A program made the position numbers and the translations under genes. From Lentimicrobiaceae bacterium (GTDB taxonomy: Bacteria > Bacteroidota > Bacteroidia > Bacteroidales > JAGNHN01), in the NCBI GenBank assembly GCA_018001695.1, contig JAGNHN010000001.1, forward strand, positions 8,226-72,225: a stretch of DNA of 64,000 nt. The letters run 5' to 3'. Below the pieces are notes generated by a model. That model did not search any database and was not told the DNA's origin. It saw nothing but the letters and a program-made list of their open reading frames with translations. Shown here piece after piece: positions 47,297 through 56,633 of the stretch. How positions within the stretch are numbered: the first letter of the stretch is position 1; every line of letters begins with the position of its first letter.

Positions 47297-50200
47297 ATGA
47301 GAACGATTACCAGATTTGCAAAGGTAGCGGCCTTATTCCTCCTGGTTCCTTTCATTGGATTGGCACAGCAGAACAATGCTGAATCCAGTGATCTGGCGCC
47401 GGATGTAAAAAAGGCCAGAATGCAGGTAAATGCAGGAGATTACGATGGCAAAGCCCAGATTGGTACAATGGTTATGCAGGATTTAGGCTTGTTGCAGCCG
47501 AATGCATATTGCACCGCCAGTGCTGTATGTGATGAGTACATCAGCAATGTGACTGTTGGTACCATTAATAACACAACAATGTGTACATCAGGTGGCTATC
47601 ACGATTACACCTCCATCAGTACAACCATGACTGTCGGACAGTCCTACCCAATTTCGGTCAGTAACGGCAATGCCTATACAGGCGACCAATGCGGCATCTG
47701 GGTTGACTGGAATCAGAATGAAGATTTCACAGACGATGCCCCGATCACTGTTGTGGGTACCCCTGGCGGCGGACCTTACACTGCTACCATCACTCCTCCG
47801 ACAGGTGCCGCTCCCGGCTCAACCAGGATGCGCGTCCGTATTATGTATACCGGCACCCTTTCTCCTTGCGGTGCTACCGATTATGGTGAAACAGAAGACT
47901 ATACCATCGTGATTCCGGGTGGCGCAACCACCGATGTGGGTGTGGTTTCTACCACCCTTCCTTCCGTTGCCGGTCCGGGTACCATTACACCGGAAGCCAC
48001 CGTTCGTAACTTTGGTTCAGTTGTTCAGACCTTCACGGTCACGCTGACCATTGGTACTTATACCAGCACCCAGACGGTGACTGCCCTGGCTCCATATACC
48101 AATAGTACTGTCACTTTTGCCCCCTGGACGGCTGCTATTGGCAATTACAACGCTGTGATCAATACAACCCTCACCGGTGATGTGAATAGTAGCAATGATA
48201 CCCTGACAAAGGCCATTGCTATTCAGGCACTGCAGCAGGTATATGCTTACAATGCTTACGACCCAAGCAGTACCCTCGTAGAAGGCCCAGTGAAATTCAG
48301 CATCCAGACTCCGGGTAATATTACATTACTGGCCGCCACTACCTCCAATGACTTCCTGTCGGCAGGTACCTGGGCCAACAATACTTGGTATGGTGCAGAA
48401 TACAGCGCTAGCAATGCTGGTTTGCTTTACACCATTAATACGACAACCGGTGCCCTCACAACCATTGGCAATACCAACCAGAGCCTGACCGGTCTGGCAT
48501 ATGATCCCGTAACAGCCATCATGTACGGCGCCAATGCAACCAGCCTCTACACTGTCAACCTTACCACCGGTGCTACAACCCTCGTGGGCTCCTTCGGATT
48601 GACAGGAACGATGATCGCACTGGCATACAAGGTGAATGGTGGCGTCCTTTACGGCATCAACCTGGATGACAATCTTTATGTCATTAATAAAGCAACCGGT
48701 GCTGCTACGCTTGTTGGCCCACTCGGTATCAATATCAATTATGCTCAGGATGCAGAGTTTGATAACAACAACGGCATTCTCTATCTAGCCGGTTATACCA
48801 CCACTGGTGGCCTTTATACTGTGAATACGACAACAGGGACTGCAACCCTGGTCGGTGCTTTCACCGGTGGCGCAGAAATCACCTGCTTTGCCATTCCTTA
48901 CACCTACACAGCACCTGGTGTGGATGTCGGTATTTCCAGTATTATCAAGCCAAACAGCGGCTACAACCTGACCAGCGATACGGTGAAGGTGGTTGTGAAC
49001 AACTATGGAACCACTGCCCAGAGCAATATCCCGGTTTCCTACAAGATTAACAACGGCACACCGGTCACACAGACGATCGCAGCCAGCATCGCCCCCGGTG
49101 CCAACTACACCCATTCATTCACAACCCTGGCCAACCTGAGTACACCCGGATCCTATGTGATCAAGGCCTACACCGGTCTATCCACGGATGCCAACCCGCT
49201 CAACGATACGGCCACCAAGACCGTGCAGCATCTCACCCCGACCACGATTCCTTTCCTGGAAAACTGGACAAGTGGTGTATTCACGACCAATGCCTGGTCT
49301 TTCGACGCCACACAAGGTAACTGGACCATCAGTTCTACTGCTGGTAACCCGACACCTTCTGCACAGTTTGGCTGGAGTCCGCAAGTCACGAACTACTCAC
49401 ATTCTCTGGTAAGCACACTCCTGAGTCCGGGTTCAGCCACCAGTGTGACATTGAAATATGACCTGATGCTGGTTGATTATGGCAATACAGGTCTCGAAAA
49501 ATTGGATGTGGATGTATGGAATGGTACTACCTGGACGACCCTGGCAACCTACACCAACATTGCCGACATAGCCTGGACAACCTATACGCACAACATCACT
49601 ACTTCTGCGCTTCCGGGACCGTTCAAGGTGAGATTCAGGGCCTATGGCGCCGACAGCTATGAAATAGACTACTGGTACATCGACAACATCCAGATCTATC
49701 AGCAGACTTTGGCTACCCTGAGTGGCACTGTTACTGCCCTGGCAGGTGGTGCTCCGATTGCCGGTGCCATTGTCACCGCAGCAGGCGCCACAACCGTTAG
49801 TGCTACAACTACTGCAACAGGCACGTATACCCTCAGCCTGGATGCCGGAACCTATAATGTAACTTGTGCTGCCCCCGGTTATAATCAGGCCAGTGCAACG
49901 GGTGTTGTCGTCAGTGGCGCCACCACGCAGAACTTCGCTATGACGGCTCCGGTTATGGCTGTAACACCTACCAGTGTGACAACAGCCATGTCGCCGTTCC
50001 AGACACCCTCCACGCATACAGTGACCATCAATAACACGGGTAATGGTCCGCTGAACTGGAATGCCAATGTTTTGAGCAAGGGTGAAGCCTCCAAGGCTAT
50101 GTGGGATCTGCAGTTTGTCATCAACGCCGACTCCATCACCGGTGGTGTAGGTCTCGCCGGCGCAGAATTCGACGGCGTCAACTTCTGGGCTGCCGAATGG

Positions 50201-51232
50201 GGATCAAGTGGCAATAAAAAGGTCTTTAAGGTCAGTCCGGCCGGCGCATTGCTCTCTTCGATCACAACCACCTGGTTGCCAGGTACCGCTGGTTTACGCG
50301 ACCTGGCCTTCGACGGCACTTATCTTTATGGGTCACCTGCCAATACTACCCTGTATTGCTTCGACCTGAACGGAAACCTGGTGAACACAACAACCAGCCC
50401 TGTCGCCATTCGCGCCATCGCCTATGACGATGTAAATGACGCATTCTGGGTAAATAACTTTGCTACAGATATGACGTTGATTTCACGTACCGGTGCTGTT
50501 CTCAATGTCATCGCCACACCGCCCAGCTGTTATGGCGCTGCTTATGACAATGTCTCTCCGGGTGGTCCCTTCCTCTGGATCTTTAGTGGAACGACGGCAG
50601 GTGCAGGTTGCCAGATCCAGCAGTATAACCTCAATACCGGCGTTCTGACTGCTGTGACACACAGCGTTAGTGGTGATCTGGGTGCTACAGCCATCGCTGG
50701 TGGTCTGTTCTCCCACCCCAATATCATCCCAGGTACTTATACCGTTGGTGGTATTGCACAGGGTCCTCAGGATATCTTCGGATATGAAGTGGCTACCGTC
50801 TCCAACTGGCTGTCTGCCAATCCTCTAAGCGGAACTATCCCGGCAGGTGGCAATGGTACCATCACACTGACGATCAATCCTTCGGGCATCGCCCCAGGAA
50901 CGATAAAGACTGGCAAACTCCTGGTTACCCCCACCCCCAGTGTTGGTGTGGATACGGTCAATATTACCCTCGATGTGATCGTTGGCAGGGAAGAGATCAT
51001 TTCCAATGGCCTCAGAATATTCCCGAACCCCGCTACCGATATGGTCTATATCCAGGCTGACAATGAGATCAGGATGGTGCGTATGATCAACTACGCAGGT
51101 CAGGTGATCAGCGAAAGCCAGGTCAGGGCTAACGAAACCTCGATCAATACTAGTGCGCTGCGTTCCGGAATTTATTTCCTCCAGATCGAAACAGCACAGG
51201 GTATGATGATTGAACGGATCACGGTCCGGTAG
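47297..51232 (+). CDS. Large mosaic T9SS type-A cargo protein (GEVED, CARDB-like x2, propeller-like, choice-of-anchor-J/MAM-like, CarboxypepD_reg-like, unassigned module, CTD)
   Basis: 1311 aa with a signal peptide (LFLLVPFIGLAQQ). The GEVED signature is WVDWNQNEDF...RMRVRI...GETEDYT. CARDB-like segments are present (VRNFGSV..., VNNYGTTAQSNI...). The motif LYT(I/V)NxTTGAxTxxG repeats. A CarboxypepD_reg-like segment reads LSGTVT...AG..GTYTLSLDAGTYNV. The third module copy spans aa 935-1165. The CTD is IFPNPATDMVYI...GIYFLQIETAQG. Confidence 0.75.
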   Translation: MRTITRFAKVAALFLLVPFIGLAQQNNAESSDLAPDVKKARMQVNAGDYDGKAQIGTMVMQDLGLLQPNAYCTASAVCDEYISNVTVGTINNTTMCTSGGYHDYTSISTTMTVGQSYPISVSNGNAYTGDQCGIWVDWNQNEDFTDDAPITVVGTPGGGPYTATITPPTGAAPGSTRMRVRIMYTGTLSPCGATDYGETEDYTIVIPGGATTDVGVVSTTLPSVAGPGTITPEATVRNFGSVVQTFTVTLTIGTYTSTQTVTALAPYTNSTVTFAPWTAAIGNYNAVINTTLTGDVNSSNDTLTKAIAIQALQQVYAYNAYDPSSTLVEGPVKFSIQTPGNITLLAATTSNDFLSAGTWANNTWYGAEYSASNAGLLYTINTTTGALTTIGNTNQSLTGLAYDPVTAIMYGANATSLYTVNLTTGATTLVGSFGLTGTMIALAYKVNGGVLYGINLDDNLYVINKATGAATLVGPLGININYAQDAEFDNNNGILYLAGYTTTGGLYTVNTTTGTATLVGAFTGGAEITCFAIPYTYTAPGVDVGISSIIKPNSGYNLTSDTVKVVVNNYGTTAQSNIPVSYKINNGTPVTQTIAASIAPGANYTHSFTTLANLSTPGSYVIKAYTGLSTDANPLNDTATKTVQHLTPTTIPFLENWTSGVFTTNAWSFDATQGNWTISSTAGNPTPSAQFGWSPQVTNYSHSLVSTLLSPGSATSVTLKYDLMLVDYGNTGLEKLDVDVWNGTTWTTLATYTNIADIAWTTYTHNITTSALPGPFKVRFRAYGADSYEIDYWYIDNIQIYQQTLATLSGTVTALAGGAPIAGAIVTAAGATTVSATTTATGTYTLSLDAGTYNVTCAAPGYNQASATGVVVSGATTQNFAMTAPVMAVTPTSVTTAMSPFQTPSTHTVTINNTGNGPLNWNANVLSKGEASKAMWDLQFVINADSITGGVGLAGAEFDGVNFWAAEWGSSGNKKVFKVSPAGALLSSITTTWLPGTAGLRDLAFDGTYLYGSPANTTLYCFDLNGNLVNTTTSPVAIRAIAYDDVNDAFWVNNFATDMTLISRTGAVLNVIATPPSCYGAAYDNVSPGGPFLWIFSGTTAGAGCQIQQYNLNTGVLTAVTHSVSGDLGATAIAGGLFSHPNIIPGTYTVGGIAQGPQDIFGYEVATVSNWLSANPLSGTIPAGGNGTITLTINPSGIAPGTIKTGKLLVTPTPSVGVDTVNITLDVIVGREEIISNGLRIFPNPATDMVYIQADNEIRMVRMINYAGQVISESQVRANETSINTSALRSGIYFLQIETAQGMMIERITVR
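50099..50791 (+). repeat. Copy 3 of unassigned ~231-aa protein module (MWDLQF...FGYEV)
   Basis: Same conserved blocks, located in the adjacent 1311-aa gene. Confidence 0.85.
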
Positions 51233-51255
51233 TCTATCATATTACCCATTAAGAT

Positions 51256-51299
51256 AAGGGGCTGTCTCATTTCGAGATGGCCCCTTTTCTTTTCGTTTT
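51256..51299 (+). terminator. Rho-independent terminator after the 1311-aa T9SS cargo gene
   Basis: AAGGGGCtgtctcatttcgagatgGCCCCTTttcttttcgtttt begins 24 nt after the stop codon. Confidence 0.75.
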
Positions 51300-51377
51300 C
51301 ACTTAATGCCAGCATTCCATATTTTACGTTTGCACCTAAACTAGTCCCAAGCCTTCCTCTACTTGCGGGCAGTTGCG

Positions 51378-51385
51378 TATCTTTG
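51378..51385 (+). promoter_or_regulatory. -7 box (TATCTTTG) upstream of ABC-F gene
   Basis: Exact match, 11 nt upstream of the ATG at 51397. A second exact match (TACGTTTG) lies at 51325-51332. Confidence 0.4.
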
Positions 51386-51396
51386 CCGCCAGTCCT

Positions 51397-53349
51397 ATGT
51401 ATTCAATCAGCAACCTTTCGGTCCACTTCGGCGGAGAATACCTCTTCGAGGATGTTAGTTTTATTATCAATCCCCGTGACAGGATCGGCCTGGTCGGGAA
51501 GAACGGTGCCGGAAAAACAACCCTGCTTCGATTGCTAACCGGGGAAATGCGCCCGGAAGAAGGCAACATCATGATACCAAGTGGCAGGACCATTGGTTAC
51601 CTGCCCCAGCAAATCCGGATTACAAGCCAGTCAACCGTGATCGAAGAAGCCAGGAAAGCTTTTAAGGAGACCCTGGACCTGAAAGCAGAAATAGATGCAA
51701 TCGGCATATCTATCAGCCTGCGTAACGACTTTGAGACCCCTGCTTACCATGCACTCATAGATCGCCTGCACCATCTGACAGAGCGATACCAGCTGTTGGG
51801 AGGGCAATCACTGGATGCCGATGTGGAAAGAACGTTAACAGGGCTGGGTTTCAAGAGCGAAGAAATGGACCGGCCCATGCAAACCTTTAGCGGAGGCTGG
51901 CAAATGCGGGTAGAGCTGGCGAAGATCCTGCTGCGAAGGCCCGATCTGCTTCTGCTGGATGAGCCCACCAACCACCTGGACATCGAATCCATCCAATGGC
52001 TGGAAGGATTTCTGACCAACTACCCAGGGGCTGTCATCCTCGTCTCTCACGACCGTGCCTTCCTTGATAATATTACAAACAGGACGATCGAAATCACGAA
52101 TGGCAAGGTTTACGATTTCAAGGCGTCCTATTCTGACTATGTGGAGCAACGACAGGCCATGCTGGAACAACAACTGGCCACATATTCAAACCAACAAAGA
52201 GAAATAGCGCAGATTGAGCGCTTTATAGAGCGGTTCAGGTACAAGAACACCAAGGCCAGACAGGTGCAATCCAGGATTAAGATGCTGGAAAAGATGGAAA
52301 GGGTTGAGATCGATGACTTTGACCTCTCTGGCATTCAATTTCGTTTTCCACCTGCACCCAGGTCAGGCCGGGTCGTTTTTGAGGCACACCATCTTACCAA
52401 GCGCTACGGTGACAAACTTGTAATCGACAACCTGGATCTGAGTATCGAGCGCAATGATTTCGTCGCCTTTGTTGGCAGGAATGGAGAAGGAAAGACGACA
52501 TTGTCGAGGATCATCGTTGGCGAACTGGAACACGATGGCCATGCAAAGCTTGGCCACGAGGTCAGGATAGGTTACTATGCCCAGAATCAGGCCGAACTGC
52601 TGAACGAGGAGAAAACGGTGTTTCAGACCATCGATGAGGTTGCCATGGGTGATATGCGCCCCAAGGTCCGCGGATTGCTGGGTAACTTTCTCTTCAGTGG
52701 AGATGATATCGAGAAAAAAGTGAAAGTGCTGTCCGGTGGGGAACGCAGCCGGCTCGCCCTGGCCAGGATGTTGCTCGAACCCGTTAACCTGCTGGTTCTT
52801 GATGAGCCAACCAATCACCTGGATATGCGCTCCAAGGATATCCTCAAGAACGCGCTTTTGCAATATGACGGAACGCTGGTCATAGTATCCCATGACCGGG
52901 ATTTCCTGCAAGGTCTGACCAATAAGGTCTTTGAATTCAAAGACAAGAAAATCCGAACATGGATAGGAGATATTTATGACTTTCTGGAAGCAAGGAAACT
53001 GAGCCATCTGTCTGAGCTGGAAAGAGTTACAGCGCAGCGTAATACTTCCGCTCCGGAAAACCCCTCCGTTCAGAAAGAAAGAAGGGAAAAGAAGAAAGAC
53101 CATGAAAGGGCCCTGCGTAAAATTCAGACCCAGCTCGAAAAGATTGAGAAACGCATCGCTGCTGTTGAGGCAGAATTAGCCGTTATGGATTTGAAACTAG
53201 CCGAGCCGGAGGCCTGGGGCCCGGAAGTTCATTCAGTGCTCTTCTACGAGAACTATGAACGGTTAAGAAAAGAAAACGAAAGCCTGATGGCAGAATGGGC
53301 GCTAGCAGCAGAGCAGCTGGAAGCACATCAACGCACCGGGGAATTCTAG
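51397..53349 (+). CDS. ABC-F family ATPase (no membrane domain)
   Basis: Two ABC cassettes. Walker A motifs are GKNGAGKTT and GRNGEGKTT; signatures are FSGGWQMR and LSGGERSR. A C-terminal coiled-coil tail follows. The start MYSISNLSVHFGG at 51397 has TATCTTTG 11 nt upstream. Confidence 0.93.
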   Translation: MYSISNLSVHFGGEYLFEDVSFIINPRDRIGLVGKNGAGKTTLLRLLTGEMRPEEGNIMIPSGRTIGYLPQQIRITSQSTVIEEARKAFKETLDLKAEIDAIGISISLRNDFETPAYHALIDRLHHLTERYQLLGGQSLDADVERTLTGLGFKSEEMDRPMQTFSGGWQMRVELAKILLRRPDLLLLDEPTNHLDIESIQWLEGFLTNYPGAVILVSHDRAFLDNITNRTIEITNGKVYDFKASYSDYVEQRQAMLEQQLATYSNQQREIAQIERFIERFRYKNTKARQVQSRIKMLEKMERVEIDDFDLSGIQFRFPPAPRSGRVVFEAHHLTKRYGDKLVIDNLDLSIERNDFVAFVGRNGEGKTTLSRIIVGELEHDGHAKLGHEVRIGYYAQNQAELLNEEKTVFQTIDEVAMGDMRPKVRGLLGNFLFSGDDIEKKVKVLSGGERSRLALARMLLEPVNLLVLDEPTNHLDMRSKDILKNALLQYDGTLVIVSHDRDFLQGLTNKVFEFKDKKIRTWIGDIYDFLEARKLSHLSELERVTAQRNTSAPENPSVQKERREKKKDHERALRKIQTQLEKIEKRIAAVEAELAVMDLKLAEPEAWGPEVHSVLFYENYERLRKENESLMAEWALAAEQLEAHQRTGEF

Positions 53350-53351
53350 CG

Positions 53352-54251
53352 TCAGGGCTGCACCACCGGTGCTTCAACCACCTGCAAAATCCGGTAATTA
53401 CTAGTCTGATATACAAAGGCTACAATATGACATTGTTTTGGCATATTGGCCTCCGGCAGGTCATACCTGAAGGTGTGTATCTTACGGGTACCGGTGACCA
53501 GGAGACTGTCTGCCGAAGCAATACTGTTTCCCCATGAACTGGTCAGGGCATGTCGTAGCACATGCATATGGGTGTATTCGAGGATATCCGGCACTGGTCC
53601 GATCTGAGGATTATTGTTTTTCTGAGGTGATACCAGGCTATCTTCGGTCATCACCACGACAAGGTTTAGCGCCTCCTGCATGTCTGATAGCCAGGTGGTT
53701 CTGACATGCGCACATAATTTCCGTTCTGAATCCGTATAATCAGTTATGAGCTGCATACTCAGCTTTGGCGTCTGCTGCATTTCATCCTGGATCCTGCCTG
53801 CCCAGTTCGCGGGCCCTACAATGTGGGTCTGCGCATATCCCGTTCTGTTCACCATCCCGTTTGGGTTACCGACATTACTGATACCAAAGGTCTGGTCCCA
53901 GGCATCACCTGCCGGGGTGGTATAATCGGTTGTATAAGGCGCACTCCCGAAAGTGGCAAACCAACCGGCATGGATGGTCAGCACAATTAAACGGTTGCCC
54001 CACTGGGCCTGCAGATCATGGGCCAATTTGGCGGCTTCAGGGCAGTTTGGACATTTGTGCCCGGTGTAATCCTCAAGTAAAACATATTGCAGCGCAGGAC
54101 CAGGATCAGGAAATACCGGGACGGGGCATGCTGAAGTGTCAGGAGGCGGCGTCACGCCATCCCGCAGGTAAGGCTCCTCGATGACATCACAGGATGTCCA
54201 TGTCAGGATGAAAACAAGCAGTATCAATATGTGCGAATGCAATGCTCTCAT
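53352..54251 (-). CDS. Omp28-related thioredoxin-fold lipoprotein with CxxC
   Basis: 299 aa with a lipoprotein signal (LVFILTWTSC). The motif YTGHKCPNCP fits the Omp28-family layout. It lies 12 nt downstream of the beta-barrel gene. Confidence 0.68.
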   Translation of the reverse strand: MRALHSHILILLVFILTWTSCDVIEEPYLRDGVTPPPDTSACPVPVFPDPGPALQYVLLEDYTGHKCPNCPEAAKLAHDLQAQWGNRLIVLTIHAGWFATFGSAPYTTDYTTPAGDAWDQTFGISNVGNPNGMVNRTGYAQTHIVGPANWAGRIQDEMQQTPKLSMQLITDYTDSERKLCAHVRTTWLSDMQEALNLVVVMTEDSLVSPQKNNNPQIGPVPDILEYTHMHVLRHALTSSWGNSIASADSLLVTGTRKIHTFRYDLPEANMPKQCHIVAFVYQTSNYRILQVVEAPVVQP

Positions 54252-54263
54252 GGTCAGGTTGGC

Positions 54264-55967
54264 TTAAAATGAACTGCTGATGGTAAGGGTCAGGCCACTG
54301 GATGCCGGAACGTTACGGCATATTCCTCCCACACAAAGGATACCTTCCCGCTGACGTCCGTAGCTCAGACTGATGCGGTTGGTATTCCGGATATAGCCGA
54401 AACCGAAGGTGTAGTAGTGATAAGTATTATCGCTGACCGGGTTATTGAAATTATATTGATCTGAGACAGAAAAGAACCAGCTGGGAGCGACAGCATATTC
54501 AAGGGTCGCAGCAACCCAGTTTCCGGAGTCCTGCTGTGTGGCAAGAAATTCAAGCTCCAGGCGCAGGCTTTTCTTATCAGAGATTTTCTGCGTAATGTCC
54601 AATACGCCAATATGCGCCTTATAAAACACATGCCCGTCTTCAATGCCTTCCTCTATCACGTCAAAATTATAATCGAGATACGTATACTGTGCGCTTATCT
54701 TTAAGGCAGGACTTAGTTTTCTACTGATTTCCAGTGTAATATCCTCAAAGTACTTGGTTTTTCCGAAGCGAAAGAAATCAGAGGTATATCCCAGGGTTCC
54801 TTTTTGGTTGATGGGGATGGTATCATGGATTGCCTTCTTATCAATACCATGCACCAGGCCATATTGCAGGCTGACACTGGTTCCGTATTTACCTCCTAAT
54901 CTTGTCTTTTTGGGGATGGTATAGATGATCTGACCCGTGATCCCCATTTCACCATTAGGTTGTGTTGCATACGGATACATGGCAGCCAGGCTATAGGTAT
55001 GCTGCTTTGTGATTGTAGGTAAATAATTTATTTCCAATGCATTGCCAACCTCAGTTCGGCGGGATTTATAACTGAAATTATCTACCCGCTTGGCGGATAC
55101 CAGGATTCCAAGTCCTTTCTGGGAGTATGCGGCAGAGAGTATCGCAGCCCGTCCATCCCTATAGATGTATTTGTTCTGTGCCGAGGGGTCGTTGACTTTC
55201 CAGGCATACTCTCCATTGAGGTTCAACCGCCCTCTGGTGAGGACAAAGCGACCGGCCATGGCGCCCACGTTTTCAGGCATCTTGTACTCTATAATGGTCG
55301 GATCATCCCTTTCGTACTTTGAAACAAAACTACCACCCAGGCTCAGTTGCGTCTTGCTATCCTGCCAACCCTTTACAAGCGTGTTGAGGGAGAATTCCCC
55401 ATCCAATCCGCGTACGATGCCGCGACGCTTGGGCTCATCAAGGTAGGATTGCCAATAATAACGCTGGGTTCCATAAATGCTTTTCAGACTGATTCCCGGA
55501 ACCGGATCAAAGCGCACGCGGACGCCGTCCATGGCATTGTCATATCCCAGGTTCCACTCGTCATAACTTCTGAAAACCAATCCACTCCCAAACTGATCAT
55601 AAAAGTTACCCAGGGTTATATCAAAGGCATCTTTACGGTATGAAATGAACCTGTTTGCAATTCCCTGCCCTTCCCACGCATCCTCATATCCTGTGAGCGG
55701 TTTAAGAAAGGCCTCATAGCGGATTCCGGCGGAAAAATCGCCACGGGTATAATTGATTTTGGCGAAGGCATTCATACCGGCCTTCTTACCCTGGAGATCC
55801 GATTCGGTGATACCGATGGTGCTGTCAGGTTGATAGGCCTGAACATCCATCTGAAAACTACCGCTAATGGTGCCTTTTTCGGAGGTTTCCTGACCCATCG
55901 CATCATGTGACGGAAAACCAAGCATAAGCAAAGTCGCTAAAACAGGCGCAAGGTATAGATGCTTCAT
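54264..55967 (-). CDS. Putative outer-membrane beta-barrel protein (DUF6029-like)
   Basis: 567 aa with a signal peptide (...SHDAMGQ). It shows an alternating amphipathic strand pattern, is rich in Y/G/N, and ends with a C-terminal Phe (...LTISSSF), typical of OM barrels. Confidence 0.6.
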   Translation of the reverse strand: MKHLYLAPVLATLLMLGFPSHDAMGQETSEKGTISGSFQMDVQAYQPDSTIGITESDLQGKKAGMNAFAKINYTRGDFSAGIRYEAFLKPLTGYEDAWEGQGIANRFISYRKDAFDITLGNFYDQFGSGLVFRSYDEWNLGYDNAMDGVRVRFDPVPGISLKSIYGTQRYYWQSYLDEPKRRGIVRGLDGEFSLNTLVKGWQDSKTQLSLGGSFVSKYERDDPTIIEYKMPENVGAMAGRFVLTRGRLNLNGEYAWKVNDPSAQNKYIYRDGRAAILSAAYSQKGLGILVSAKRVDNFSYKSRRTEVGNALEINYLPTITKQHTYSLAAMYPYATQPNGEMGITGQIIYTIPKKTRLGGKYGTSVSLQYGLVHGIDKKAIHDTIPINQKGTLGYTSDFFRFGKTKYFEDITLEISRKLSPALKISAQYTYLDYNFDVIEEGIEDGHVFYKAHIGVLDITQKISDKKSLRLELEFLATQQDSGNWVAATLEYAVAPSWFFSVSDQYNFNNPVSDNTYHYYTFGFGYIRNTNRISLSYGRQREGILCVGGICRNVPASSGLTLTISSSF

Positions 55968-56000
55968 GCAGCAGATATATTTATTAATGTATCAGCAGTC

Positions 56001-56516
56001 TTAATGCTTGCCGATGTCTTCACCTTTCTTCAGCTTTCTAACGAGTGCGATCAACTCCAGCTCACTGCCCTCGGCAAATGAAGTGTGTTGCCAGACAATT
56101 TCTCCTTTACCGTCAATCAAAAACGTATGGGGGATGGCGTTCACATTCATGGCCCGTTTGAATTCACTGTTGGCATCCAGCAGGACCTCGTACTCCCAAC
56201 CCTTACCGTTTACCGTCGGCCCAACCCGTGAAGATGAACGGGAGTCATCAATGGACACGGCGATAAGCTTCACACCGGTTTCCTCTACCCATTCATCATA
56301 TACTTCTGCGATAGTGGAAAGTTCCCTCATACACGGTTTACACCATAATGCCCAGAAGCTGAGAATAATAGGATTACCATCGTTGCTGAGATGACTGGAA
56401 TTGACCGTTTTCCCATCCAGCGTTTTGAGATCAACGGAAGGGAGTTTATTGACGGTTTCCTGTGCAGTTAGCCATAAAGGAATAATCAATGCGCTGATAA
56501 TCAATAACTTTTTCAT
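56001..56516 (-). CDS. TlpA/ResA-like periplasmic thiol:disulfide oxidoreductase
   Basis: The signal peptide MKKLLIISALIIPLWLTAQ sets the start at 56516. The active site FWALWCKPC is a WCxxC motif in a thioredoxin fold. Confidence 0.85.
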   Translation of the reverse strand: MKKLLIISALIIPLWLTAQETVNKLPSVDLKTLDGKTVNSSHLSNDGNPIILSFWALWCKPCMRELSTIAEVYDEWVEETGVKLIAVSIDDSRSSSRVGPTVNGKGWEYEVLLDANSEFKRAMNVNAIPHTFLIDGKGEIVWQHTSFAEGSELELIALVRKLKKGEDIGKH

Positions 56517-56633
56517 ATTTGCCTGTATCAATAGATGGACATGGTATAATATCAAATCCTGCGCCAAACTTAATGAAAATCAAGGGACCGTGTCAGGAAA
56601 ACTGCAGCGGTTCAATATCCGGAGATAAGAAAA

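Noticed and set aside
44751-51400. Possibility that the T9SS cargo pair is a mobile or horizontally acquired island.
   Set aside because: I could find no integrase, transposase, flanking tRNA, or direct or inverted terminal repeats. Promoter boxes are of the native type. Compositional deviation was not computed.
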